This document shows positions 27,533 to 36,919 of a DNA stretch of 64,000 nt, in pieces. The notes beneath the pieces are model-generated. The model was not told the origin of the DNA. It was given only the letters and a program-made list of their open reading frames with translations, and ran no database searches. The number at the start of each line of letters is the position of its first letter. Within the stretch, counting starts at the first letter, position 1. The DNA is taken from NCBI GenBank assembly GCA_015232395.1, contig JADFZT010000016.1, forward strand, positions 1,866 through 65,865, written 5' to 3'. The position numbers and the translations under genes were made by a program. The DNA comes from Magnetococcales bacterium. Its GTDB lineage: Bacteria > Pseudomonadota > Magnetococcia > Magnetococcales > JADFZT01.

Positions 27533-28219
27533 TTATTCCTTCTTTTCCCCATACACCACCATGTGTTCGCTGTGCTTTCCTCCCAGGGTGACGCTGTATT
27601 GCCCCTGATCGATGATCTCCAGACCATCGCACCAGGAGATAAACTGTTCCAGGGATTCGGGGACGGTGACGATCATCCCTTTTTGGCCGGAGGTTTCTTG
27701 AATCACCCGGCGACCATGATTGTCTGCCAGGGGTTCGGTGATGGTCATGAGAATATCGTTGGGGGTGGGCATGGCGGCGATGAAGGCTCCCCCGGAGGGT
27801 AATCCCTGGATCAGCTCCTGGATATCTTGCTGGACCCGTTGTGGCGGGTTGTAGAGCAGGGAGCACCAGGCGACGACCTGATCATAAATCGGCAGCTGGC
27901 CCCGGAGTGCGCGCCGGGGGTCGATGGGGTTCATGGGGGGGATGGGGAGATCCCGATATTTCAGCCGCTGGCTGAGGGTGGTGAGGGCTTGCCGGGAAAC
28001 ATCGGTGCAGTGGATGCGATGACCCCGGCGCAGAAGAAATTCGCTGTTTACCCCCGAGCCGCAGCCGTGATCGAGAATGATCCCCACACCGCCTGAGGTC
28101 GCTGCCCGACGTTCGAAGCTTAAGGCCAGGCGAATGAAAGCCTCGGTGGGGTGGGCCATAAAGTTGCCGTTTTGGTAGATCTCATCCCAGATCCCCACAT
28201 TGTTGCTCGGTTGTGTCAC
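27533..28219 (-). CDS. Class I SAM-dependent methyltransferase
   Basis: WDEIY..HPTE.FIR N-terminus, ILDHGCGSG, CTDVS. Confidence 0.85.
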   Translation of the reverse strand: MTQPSNNVGIWDEIYQNGNFMAHPTEAFIRLALSFERRAATSGGVGIILDHGCGSGVNSEFLLRRGHRIHCTDVSRQALTTLSQRLKYRDLPIPPMNPIDPRRALRGQLPIYDQVVAWCSLLYNPPQRVQQDIQELIQGLPSGGAFIAAMPTPNDILMTITEPLADNHGRRVIQETSGQKGMIVTVPESLEQFISWCDGLEIIDQGQYSVTLGGKHSEHMVVYGEKKE

Positions 28220-28250
28220 GCTGGCTCCCCTCTGGCCGATTTATCCACGT

Positions 28251-28508
28251 TTAATTCCCCTGCCTGGCATCGATCAGAGAGGCCAGCCCGGCGATGGTGG
28301 TGATGGCGGGATTCATCATATCGTCATCTTCAAAAGCCACCCCGAAGGTTTCCCCCGCTTGCAGCAGCAGGGTGACCAGGGCCATGGAGTCGAGCACCCC
28401 TTTTTTCAGCAAATCGCTCTCAACCCCACAGCCGGTATCCTGGAAGGGCACGCCGCAGGCTTGCTCCACCAGGGTGATGAGGCGGGCCTCCAGTTCGGTG
28501 GGTTCCAT
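28251..28508 (-). CDS. Acyl/aminoacyl carrier protein (DltC-like)
   Basis: DLLKKGVLDSMALV phosphopantetheine site; acidic, 85 aa. Confidence 0.88.
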   Translation of the reverse strand: MEPTELEARLITLVEQACGVPFQDTGCGVESDLLKKGVLDSMALVTLLLQAGETFGVAFEDDDMMNPAITTIAGLASLIDARQGN

Positions 28509-28517
28509 GGCGCTCCC

Positions 28518-30023
28518 TTATCCTTGTTTTGTTCTGCCCGCTGGGGTTAACTCCCCCAACAGCTTTTCGCTGAAACGCTCCCGCACCGCTTTGCGATCCT
28601 TCTTGCCGTTGGCATTTTCCGGGAAGGTGTCGATGGGATAAATCCGATCCGGCAGCATGTGCAGGGGAAGTTGATCGCCCATGGTCTGTTTCAGCTGGAT
28701 GGGGTTGATGGTTTCACCAGGGGGCATCTGCACCACTGCCACCAGCAATGAGCGCCCATGGTGCTGGAACTGAAAGCAGATCACATCCCGGATTTGGCTG
28801 TGGCGCTTGAGGTTGACCTCCACATCCATCAACTCTATCCGATAGCCCCGGTGCTTGATTTGGCTGTCGATGCGCCCTTTGCAGAAGGTGAGCCCTTCGT
28901 GGTGGGCGATGAGATCCCCGGTGCGAAACCATCTTTTGCCATCCCGCTCAAAAAATCGATCCGCCCCCACCCCATCGAGATAGCCGGGGGTCAGCTGGCA
29001 GCCGGAGAGCAGCAACTCCCCTTCCTCGCTCACATCCACCTCATTGCCGGGAAGCGGGGTGCCGATGGGGACAAAACCGAACGCTTCGAACCGCTCCACA
29101 TCCCCCGGTTGGCACCGGTAATGGAAGTTTTCCACGCCACTCTCGGTGAGTCCATAAAAATTATAGATATGGGGCACCTTCATCCCCTCCTGGCAATAGT
29201 TCAATACCGGCAGGGCAAAGGGCTCGCCACAGAGAAAGTGAATGCGGATGGAGGTGTTGAGGGAAGGGTGCAGCTTGCGTACGCGATCGATCACCGAAGG
29301 CACCGAGGCCCAGACCGTGATGTCGTTTTGCTGCATGAACCCCGCTGGCATCACCCGCTCCCGGGGGGTCATGACCGGAGCAATGGCGCCTTGAACCAGG
29401 GGAAAGCAGAAGAGATAAAAAATTGAAATATCAAAAGCAAAATCGTGATAGTCAGCGAAAACATCGCCACTCTGGAAGGGGAGGATGTTTAAACAATTTT
29501 CAATAAAATGGATATAGTTCAGATGGCTCATGGGTACCCCTTTGGGGGTTCCGGTGGAGCCGGAGGTGAACATGATATAGGCGATCCCGTCGGGATCGAA
29601 TCGGGGTGGGGGGATCTCCCGGGGGGGGATGGGGGATTGTGCCAGTTGGCCGAGATTCCACACCGGGATGTTTTGCTCCTGGAGATGGTCGGCTATTTGG
29701 GAAGGGAGGTCACAATCCATCAGCACCAGCGCCGGTGGCACCATCTTGAGGATATCCAGATTGCGGTTGACCGCCAGATCCGGGCTTAAGGGCACCCAGA
29801 TATTGCCGGAGAGGATGGTGGCAAAAATGGCCCCGTAGGCTTCGAAGGATTTTTGGCTGTAGATCACCACCGGGCGTTGATTGAAATCTGCCAAAAGTCC
29901 TTTCACCTGACAGATCACCCGGTGCATCTCCCCATAATCCCGCTGATCCTCCCCATAGCGGTAGCAGATGCGTGGGGAGGGGGTGAGGGCTTGGTGGAGC
30001 TTCTGATAATAACGGTCGATCAC
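28518..30023 (-). CDS. Stand-alone amino-acid adenylation enzyme (DltA-like)
   Basis: YIMFTSGSTGTPKGV, FDISI, NFYGLTE, FRTGD, GRIDSQIKHRGYRIEL, NGKKDRK. Confidence 0.9.
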   Translation of the reverse strand: MIDRYYQKLHQALTPSPRICYRYGEDQRDYGEMHRVICQVKGLLADFNQRPVVIYSQKSFEAYGAIFATILSGNIWVPLSPDLAVNRNLDILKMVPPALVLMDCDLPSQIADHLQEQNIPVWNLGQLAQSPIPPREIPPPRFDPDGIAYIMFTSGSTGTPKGVPMSHLNYIHFIENCLNILPFQSGDVFADYHDFAFDISIFYLFCFPLVQGAIAPVMTPRERVMPAGFMQQNDITVWASVPSVIDRVRKLHPSLNTSIRIHFLCGEPFALPVLNYCQEGMKVPHIYNFYGLTESGVENFHYRCQPGDVERFEAFGFVPIGTPLPGNEVDVSEEGELLLSGCQLTPGYLDGVGADRFFERDGKRWFRTGDLIAHHEGLTFCKGRIDSQIKHRGYRIELMDVEVNLKRHSQIRDVICFQFQHHGRSLLVAVVQMPPGETINPIQLKQTMGDQLPLHMLPDRIYPIDTFPENANGKKDRKAVRERFSEKLLGELTPAGRTKQG

Positions 30024-30100
30024 GATAGAACCATGGCGTTGATGGCAGAGGGCAGAGGGGGCGCTTCCTTGGATCCGGATGGTTCCCCATGAATCGGGGA

Positions 30101-30841
30101 TTAGCCGGGCAAGGGGATTTTATCAAAGGGTTCTCCCGGCCCAAAGGTACGGTACAGGCAGAGGGCTTTGAGGTCCACCACTGTGCTGGAGATGGTCTGA
30201 AAAGTATCTTGACGCCAGATCCGCTCACGATCCTGGGGTGAGGCCGGGGCGATGGCCTGGAACAACCCTTCCTGGCTGGTGATTCCCTGGATTTTTTCCC
30301 CGGCATAGTCAAAGCGCTCCCAGCTGTTGGGATAGTCGGGCCGGTGTCGGGGCCCCCAGCTGAGATGGCGAAAATGGTTGGTGACGATGTAGCGCTCCCC
30401 CATGGGGGAGGGATGATGGTCAGCAGCATGCACCTCCACATGCACCCCCCGGTTGCGATCCACCAGAATGGCATTATAGCCCCGCCAGGGTGTTTTGGTT
30501 TTTTCGATGGCTGCCAACCAATCATCGATGGAGCGGACCTGGGGCAGGAGTCGGGAGAGGAGGTGTGAAATGCCGGATTTGCCCTGGATATCCCGGGCCA
30601 TCAGCTCCCGGGCTTTTGGCAACTCACCAGCCTCCACAGCGGCGGTCCAGGTGGGGGAGTTGACGGCGGTGGTGACAAAGGCACAGCCGTGGCGATTCAA
30701 CCCCAGGCTCAAATAGTCCGCGCCAACGGTTCGAACCCCCAACATTTCCGGGGTGGCCACAATCTCTTCGGTTTCCGGCTGCTCCTTGTCGCGGTTTTTG
30801 GAGAGCAGTCCCTGATTCTTTAAATAAAACACGGTGCACAT
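30101..30841 (-). CDS. N-terminal nucleophile (Cys) hydrolase/acyltransferase (NRDE/C45/choloylglycine hydrolase-like)
   Basis: MCT start, KNRD, LGLNRHG, VTNH, SWER, TISSTV. Confidence 0.75.
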   Translation of the reverse strand: MCTVFYLKNQGLLSKNRDKEQPETEEIVATPEMLGVRTVGADYLSLGLNRHGCAFVTTAVNSPTWTAAVEAGELPKARELMARDIQGKSGISHLLSRLLPQVRSIDDWLAAIEKTKTPWRGYNAILVDRNRGVHVEVHAADHHPSPMGERYIVTNHFRHLSWGPRHRPDYPNSWERFDYAGEKIQGITSQEGLFQAIAPASPQDRERIWRQDTFQTISSTVVDLKALCLYRTFGPGEPFDKIPLPG

Positions 30842-30958
30842 GAAAGATCGACCCGATGGTTGGTGAATGAGAGTGGCTTGGAGCTGGCTTGAAAAAACCA
30901 AACAGGCTGATGGTGCGCCATTGGTCCGGGGGATTCAATCCTTAAGGTGGTGTCTGTT

Positions 30959-32158
30959 TTATCTCAAGCGGTCGGTGAGTTCCCGGTGGAGGTTCAGGGG
31001 AACGGTCTCTGTGAGCTGCTTGTGGAGTTTGGGTAGCAGGTAACAAAATTCCAGCCAAGGGGAGATATCCCCCCGGTAGCGCAGCAGGCTTAAACGATCC
31101 AGATCCAGCAAAATTTCCGCATCCCGCTCCACCAGCACCCCGAAAAAGACAAAGGGCATGAAACGCCGCTCCACCTCGGAATAGAGGGAGCCTTTGACGA
31201 TTTTTTGGGAGATCAGGCCACAGCGATAGATATAGAGCCAGCGGAAGGCGTCGCAGCTGCCGCTGGAGCCAAGCAGGGTCAAGCCTGGCAGCACCGGGGC
31301 CTGGGGATGGCCAAAATAGCCCGCCACCTGATGATAGCTGTAGGGGGTGTCGGTGTCGTAGATCATCACCAGGAGGGAGCGGGGGTGGATGCGGCCTTGG
31401 GTTTTTTCCCGAATACGCGTGACCAGGCGGCGGGAGATCAGAGTGGCGATTTCGTTGCAGCGCACCGGCCCCAGCATCAGCCGCCCCCGGTAGCGGTCGA
31501 TCCGGGGCTTGGAGATATCCCCCAGCACCAGGCTTTTTTCCAGATCAGTACGGGTCAGCTCCAGCTCCCCGAACGCCTCGACCCGCTCCCGACACGCTTC
31601 GAAATAGGCCTGCCGAATCTCCATGGGCTGGGCGGTGATCTGGTGGGGATCCACCTCCACCCCGTTTACGTCAAAGAGCACCGCCTCGGCAGGCACCGTG
31701 AGATCAAACGCCTGGGTGATCATTTTGGCGCCCAACGCCACCCCAAAAAAGATTCCCTCACCGATCCACTTGTCCACCGGTTCCAGATTGGCCCGGATCA
31801 CCGCCTCCTGGTGGCGATCGTGATGCTGGATGTAGCTTTCCGCCAGGGACTCCTCCAGGGCTTCGATGCCGCCATCAAGATCCAGAGGGCGCTCCATCTC
31901 GTGGGGGATGGTCAGGGAGGAGACCGACGTCCCCTGGAAAAGCGCCCCCCGCTCCGGCTCCCCATACCACGCCTTCAGCTCCTCGGTGCGCACCCATTGG
32001 TTGAAGAGGGTGTGATAGAGGGCCTGCTGTTGGGGCGAGCTGCTTTCAAAGAGCCCACGCCCCTGGGTCACCTTGGCTTCCAGCTGAGCATACCAGGCTT
32101 GTTGTTGGGGATCTGCCGGTTGGTCGTCCAGTTGGGCCAGATAATCTTTCAGATTCAC
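30959..32158 (-). CDS. Hypothetical protein (399 aa), possible remote CofE-like amide ligase
   Basis: Long ORF co-oriented in the cluster; GAKMITQA and LLVMIYDTDT resemble CofE motifs (SKxxSKA, VIIxDT). The function is speculative. Confidence 0.7.
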   Translation of the reverse strand: MNLKDYLAQLDDQPADPQQQAWYAQLEAKVTQGRGLFESSSPQQQALYHTLFNQWVRTEELKAWYGEPERGALFQGTSVSSLTIPHEMERPLDLDGGIEALEESLAESYIQHHDRHQEAVIRANLEPVDKWIGEGIFFGVALGAKMITQAFDLTVPAEAVLFDVNGVEVDPHQITAQPMEIRQAYFEACRERVEAFGELELTRTDLEKSLVLGDISKPRIDRYRGRLMLGPVRCNEIATLISRRLVTRIREKTQGRIHPRSLLVMIYDTDTPYSYHQVAGYFGHPQAPVLPGLTLLGSSGSCDAFRWLYIYRCGLISQKIVKGSLYSEVERRFMPFVFFGVLVERDAEILLDLDRLSLLRYRGDISPWLEFCYLLPKLHKQLTETVPLNLHRELTDRLR

Positions 32159-32230
32159 GATGGCGCTCTTTTGTCGCTGAAAAACATGGTTAACCCACTC
32201 CTGGGTCCAAGGTTTATGATCCCTGAAGGT

Positions 32231-32469
32231 TATATGGCCTGCCTAAGAATTGGACACTCTTTTCTGACTCGTCATCCCCGCGAAGGCGGGGGTCCAGGGA
32301 TATTATGGTGTCCTCAAGGAAAAACCAAATCTTCAGCAAGGCTGGTGTTATGCTGGAAGTGAAGCAAGATTTGGAAAGGTTCGTGCTAGACACTCTGGAT
32401 TCCCGCCTTCGCGGGAATGACGACAAAAATACAAAGGCCTATGTCCAATTCTTGATTCGAATGGCTATA
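32231..32469 (+). mobile_element. ~240 bp TA-flanked MITE, copy 1
   Basis: Ends ...AGAATTGGACA / TGTCCAATTCTTGATTCGAATGGCTATA; internal GTCATCCCCGCGAAGGCGGGG and ATTCCCGCCTTCGCGGGAATGAC palindromes; similar along its length to copies 2 and 3. Confidence 0.85.
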
Positions 32470-34405
32470 CCTGCTCCAGCCGGACCCGCTCATATTTTTT
32501 GCGCTGTAAAACCGCCCGGGTGAGCAGCTCCAGATCTTCCCGGGTGCGGAAATGTTCTCTTCTAAGGGGCTCCGGCAGGGCGGCGGGGTCGATCTCCTGG
32601 CCTTCCCGATAGGCTTTGGCATAGCGTTCGGTGTTTTGGAACATTTCCTGGACATTTTCGGTGCCGTAGCGCTGGACGAAGGTAGAGCCCCAGTCGTTGC
32701 CAAACCAGTCACACAGCATCCCCCGCACCTGATCCGGGAAGAGGGTGACGAGGCCAATGTCGGGGCGGGCCTTGACGATATCAGCCATCATGGTGTGCCC
32801 GGCTGAAACCACCTCCCGCTTCCAGTTTTGGCCATCCACCAGATAGGGCAGACGCACCTGGAACTCTTCAGCAGGCATCCGGGAGAGGCCCAAGGCGTTC
32901 TCCTCATCAAAATCCCGCTCCATGGGGGAGCCCCGGGTGAGGTCGAAGGTGGCCAGGGTCAGGGTGTGGATGTGGCGATTTTGGATAATGTAGTCGGTGA
33001 GGGCTTTTCTCTGGGCTGCTGTTTCTCCGGGAAAGCCGATCAAAACAAAGCAAAAATTCATAATGCCCGCCTCCCCCGAGAGCCGTAGGACATCGTCGGT
33101 GTGGGAGGGACGGGTTTTTTTGTTCATCTCCTTCAAAATCCCCGGATCGTTGGTCTCCAATCCCCAGTGAATCTTGCGGCAGCCCCCGGCATAAAGGCGC
33201 TTGAGAACCCCCTCCCGGGTGAAGGATTTTTCCAGCCGGGCAAAGGTTTCCCAACGAACATGGAGGTTCTTTTCAGCGATCTCATCGGCGATTTCCAGAA
33301 GCAGGCTGGGCGAAGAGGTGTCTTCCATCAATTTGAAATAGACCGCTTGCCGACCGTGCTTTTCCTGAATTTCCCCCTGGATGCGTTGGAGTTCCGCCAC
33401 CACCCGTGGGGCTTCCCGCAGCCGATATTTGTTGGAGCCGAAGGGGATGGCGCAAAAAGCACACTCCCCATAGCACCCCCGGGTGGTCTGCACCGGGATG
33501 AGATATTCGGGGAGGAGATAGCGCTCAAAATCAAAACCGCTGAAATCCACCTCGGGAATCGCCTCACCGCTCAGGGCCGCCCCGGTGCGCTGGATGAGGG
33601 GGGGGGTTGGGGAGGGGGAGGCGTCCGGGGCCTGATCTGGTGCATGATTTGGCGTGTGGCAGGGGATCAGGTTGGTCATCTCGACCTCTTCCCCCCGAAT
33701 CAGCTGGCGGTGGAGATTGACCAGGGGAATCTCCCCATCCCAGAGAATCAGATAATCCGCCAGCCCCCGAATGCCCGGATGGTTCAGCATTGACTCCTGG
33801 CAGCGGGTGATCATCTGGCCACCGAAAACGATGCGGCACGTTGGCATCTCCCGGCGAATCACCCGGGCTAACGTGTGGGCCGGAATCAGCTGATCCTGAA
33901 AGGTGATGGCGATACCGATGATTTTGGGTTTGAGGGGGATAAAATCAGCGCGCACCCGTTTTTCATAATAGGCGATAAAGGGGTTGCTCTCTCGATCCCG
34001 GGTGGCGGCCAGCACCGAATCAAACTGGAGTCGGTCGTGGGCCATGGCCAGAGAGCGCATGCCCACATGGAGCTTGGGCCATCCCTTGGAACGCTCCCAG
34101 AGACGGGCCTCCAGATCGTTATAATACGAAAGGATCGAGAGGGGGTTTTGGCGAAATTCGGTCTGGCTGGGGGGTGGGGGGAGGGGGCTTAAAAAATCAT
34201 GAAAAAAATCGATATTGTCATCGACAATCCGACAGTTGAAACCGGCCGTGGTCAAGGCCCCCTGCAACAGGGGCAGATTCAGTTGGGCATGGAGCGGACT
34301 GGAAATGGGGGTGTTGATCAGGATGGAATCCACCTCTGCCACAGGGAGGGGTGGGGAGGGGGGTTGGCCGGGATGGCTGGGGGAAGGGGAGTGGGTGGCT
34401 GCCAT
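32465..34405 (-). CDS. Large B12-binding radical SAM enzyme (putative class B methyltransferase)
   Basis: IGIAITFQDQL..IVFGG B12 domain, QTTRGCYGECAFC, WGLET, IGFPGET; start uncertain (could extend to 34501). Confidence 0.88.
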   Translation of the reverse strand: MAATHSPSPSHPGQPPSPPLPVAEVDSILINTPISSPLHAQLNLPLLQGALTTAGFNCRIVDDNIDFFHDFLSPLPPPPSQTEFRQNPLSILSYYNDLEARLWERSKGWPKLHVGMRSLAMAHDRLQFDSVLAATRDRESNPFIAYYEKRVRADFIPLKPKIIGIAITFQDQLIPAHTLARVIRREMPTCRIVFGGQMITRCQESMLNHPGIRGLADYLILWDGEIPLVNLHRQLIRGEEVEMTNLIPCHTPNHAPDQAPDASPSPTPPLIQRTGAALSGEAIPEVDFSGFDFERYLLPEYLIPVQTTRGCYGECAFCAIPFGSNKYRLREAPRVVAELQRIQGEIQEKHGRQAVYFKLMEDTSSPSLLLEIADEIAEKNLHVRWETFARLEKSFTREGVLKRLYAGGCRKIHWGLETNDPGILKEMNKKTRPSHTDDVLRLSGEAGIMNFCFVLIGFPGETAAQRKALTDYIIQNRHIHTLTLATFDLTRGSPMERDFDEENALGLSRMPAEEFQVRLPYLVDGQNWKREVVSAGHTMMADIVKARPDIGLVTLFPDQVRGMLCDWFGNDWGSTFVQRYGTENVQEMFQNTERYAKAYREGQEIDPAALPEPLRREHFRTREDLELLTRAVLQRKKYERVRLEQV

Positions 34406-34415
34406 GGAGCTGTTG

Positions 34416-35168
34416 TCAGAGCGCCCGATAGGCATAGACGAAGACCCCGCCGACATCTCCGGGTTGATTGGGACCGATCTTGATTTTTTCCACCAGCTCA
34501 AAGGGGGCTGCCTGCATTTCCGCTTCGAACATCTCCTCGTGGCGCTTAAAATCGCCGATCATCTGCAAGCCTGATTTTAAGGCGTTGATTTCGATCTGGG
34601 CCAGCTCAAAGGACTCTTCCCTCAGGGCCTGGTTGATGATGAAGGTGTGATAGCGATAGAGGGCCTCCCGCCGTTCTTCCGGTGTTTCATAGGGGGGGAG
34701 CAGCTCGCCACCCATGAGATAGAGCCCGCCGGGTTTTAAATTTTGGTGGATGTTGTGGATGAACGCCTCGGCTTCATCGTGATGGATGTGGTCGTGGGCA
34801 AAGACCGAGAGGGTGAGATCAAAAGCGCCTGGTTCACACCAGCCCACCGCATCCCCCTGACTGGTGATGACCCGGGGGTGTAGACGCTCTTCCAAAATCC
34901 GGCAGCACTCTTCATCGATGTCGATGGCGGTGATTTCCAGATGATCAAAGCCGAGAAAAGCTTCGGTCGCCAAACCCGTCCCTGCTCCCAACTCCAGCAG
35001 TCGGCTCTCCCCCCGATCCTGTAGAAAATCCCCACAGCGGGCCACCAGGGCTTCGATCATCTCCCCATAGAAGGGGTGGGAGCGCTCCACCGCATGGTAG
35101 ATCTCCAGATCGATATAGCGGGACATCTCCAGGGTTTTGGAGCCCGGGGCTTTGGCGGTCATGAGCAT
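34416..35168 (-). CDS. Class I SAM-dependent methyltransferase
   Basis: LLELGAGTG, AIDID, FAHDHI, NLKPGG. Confidence 0.88.
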   Translation of the reverse strand: MLMTAKAPGSKTLEMSRYIDLEIYHAVERSHPFYGEMIEALVARCGDFLQDRGESRLLELGAGTGLATEAFLGFDHLEITAIDIDEECCRILEERLHPRVITSQGDAVGWCEPGAFDLTLSVFAHDHIHHDEAEAFIHNIHQNLKPGGLYLMGGELLPPYETPEERREALYRYHTFIINQALREESFELAQIEINALKSGLQMIGDFKRHEEMFEAEMQAAPFELVEKIKIGPNQPGDVGGVFVYAYRAL

Positions 35169-35304
35169 TTTGGATTCCGATTCATTTTTTGGCTCTATCG
35201 GCTCTTATCGGTCAATCACCTGGTTGGACCTTACCGAAATTTCTTTTTTTTTGGGATTTTAATCAATTGAGACCCATGCAGGGGGCCTCCCTCAGGTTTT
35301 GCTC

Positions 35305-35514
35305 TCACGGCTTTAAAATCCGCCCACGCAAAATTTGCAGCAAAAACCGCAGGGAAGCCACGATCCCGGCAAAAATTTGCAATGAATTGAAGATTCGAAA
35401 GAAAAATCGCTCAAACCGCACCAGCCTGGGCAGCGCCCTCCAGGGCCTCAAGAGCAGGAGTATGGGCCACCAGCGACGCAAAAAGAGGCTCAACCTTCCC
35501 CAAAAACGATTCAT
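35305..35514 (-). CDS. Small Arg/Leu/Phe/Trp-rich cationic hydrophobic protein (69 aa)
   Basis: AAGGAG SD 6 nt before the ATG; ATGA overlap with the deacetylase stop codon. Confidence 0.65.
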   Translation of the reverse strand: MNRFWGRLSLFLRRWWPILLLLRPWRALPRLVRFERFFFRIFNSLQIFAGIVASLRFLLQILRGRILKP

Positions 35515-36485
35515 GATCCGCTCCTTGTGTTCGACTTGTTCTGGTCATTTGGCCTGGATTTTGGCTTTTTCATCTGTCGAATGACCTCAATATGGTCCAT
35601 CCGGGGCAGCTCCAGGAGGCTTTTGGGGGTGTCGAACAGATCGGTACGAAAACCGACCCGCACTCCGATGGAGGATAAAAACCGCAACGTTTCGGCATCA
35701 TAGGCGTTGCAGGGGTAGGAGACCGTGATGGGATCCTCTCCGGTGATCGCCTTCAGATGACGGGCGTTGGTGGTATATTCGGCTTCCTGGCGGGCCTGGG
35801 GGAGATCGATGATGCGGTTGTGGTGGCTGTGGCTGTGGAGGCCGATCACGAAGCCGGCATCATGAAGCTCTTTGAGTTGTTCGGGCTTCATCCAGAGCTG
35901 ATCGCTGATTTTATCGGCATCAAAACCGTTGCCGCTGATCATGGTGTCCATGACGGTCTCATAGCGTTCCGCCCCCAAAATCGTATTGCGCACATAGCGA
36001 AAGGTGCGGTCGTTGTTGGAATAAAAACGGTGGGGGGCGAGATAGCCCGCCGGGTCGAACCCCTCAAGCCCCTGGGTGATCTGATCCCAGAGGTCGAGCT
36101 TGCGGCAGGTTTGATAAAAAGCCCCGTAAAAGGCATCCACATGGTCAAACTGCACCGTGCGAAAATAGCGATAGATCTCCAATGTATCCTTTTCACCGCT
36201 CATGGGGCCGGTATAGGCGAACCAAAAGGCGGTCAATCCCAGCTCCCGCATCACCGGCACCGCGATATCATACTGGCAGCGGAGGCCGTCGTCGAAGGAG
36301 AGGCAGAGGTCGTTCTCACCCAGGGTGCCCGCCTGCACCCGATCCAGCCACTCATGAGCCGGAAGCAGGCGATCCATGCCGACATGCTCCAGCAGCTCCC
36401 GAAACTCCCCACCACTGATCGCCCCCTGCCCACGGGGGTGCTGCTGGTTATGGAAATGATGAAACATGATGGCGTAGGGGCTCAT
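35511..36485 (-). CDS. Polysaccharide deacetylase (CE4/NodB-like)
   Basis: IMFHHF, LSFDDGL, IGLHSHSH, SYPCN, LPRMD. Confidence 0.88.
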   Translation of the reverse strand: MSPYAIMFHHFHNQQHPRGQGAISGGEFRELLEHVGMDRLLPAHEWLDRVQAGTLGENDLCLSFDDGLRCQYDIAVPVMRELGLTAFWFAYTGPMSGEKDTLEIYRYFRTVQFDHVDAFYGAFYQTCRKLDLWDQITQGLEGFDPAGYLAPHRFYSNNDRTFRYVRNTILGAERYETVMDTMISGNGFDADKISDQLWMKPEQLKELHDAGFVIGLHSHSHHNRIIDLPQARQEAEYTTNARHLKAITGEDPITVSYPCNAYDAETLRFLSSIGVRVGFRTDLFDTPKSLLELPRMDHIEVIRQMKKPKSRPNDQNKSNTRSGS

Positions 36486-36919
36486 GGATCTCTTTCAGAG
36501 GCTGAGGCGTAAAAAAAATTCCGGGATGGGGGAGCGATTGCCGGAATCAGCCACCTCTGGCCGAATGGGGTGATGGAATGGATCTTTTCCCGTGGGAATT
36601 CACTCGGTTTGGCTGAGCACGATGGTTTTGATGGGGTGATGTGGGGTGTTTTCCGTTCACCCTTCTGATTCAGAGGGTACTCGGGGGTTTGGGGTGTTGG
36701 AAAGGTATCTTCACATACAGGGGTGGGCTTGAGGGGTTGGATGAAGGGAAAAAGGTGGGCTGGCACTAGGGATGGCGTCTGTTCAGATGCACCATGACAG
36801 TTGCTGAAAACGGCCTTCAGGGGAGAGGTTTTGGCTATAAGCGAGTGGCAAATAGCGGCTGGAACTGGCAGGATGATTCCTTCAGTTTCCGAAATCGACC
36901 ACCCTTCATGAGGATCCCC

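Noticed and set aside
28251-30023. Canonical dlt operon
   Set aside because: No dltB (MBOAT) or dltD nearby; the context is a different tailoring cluster
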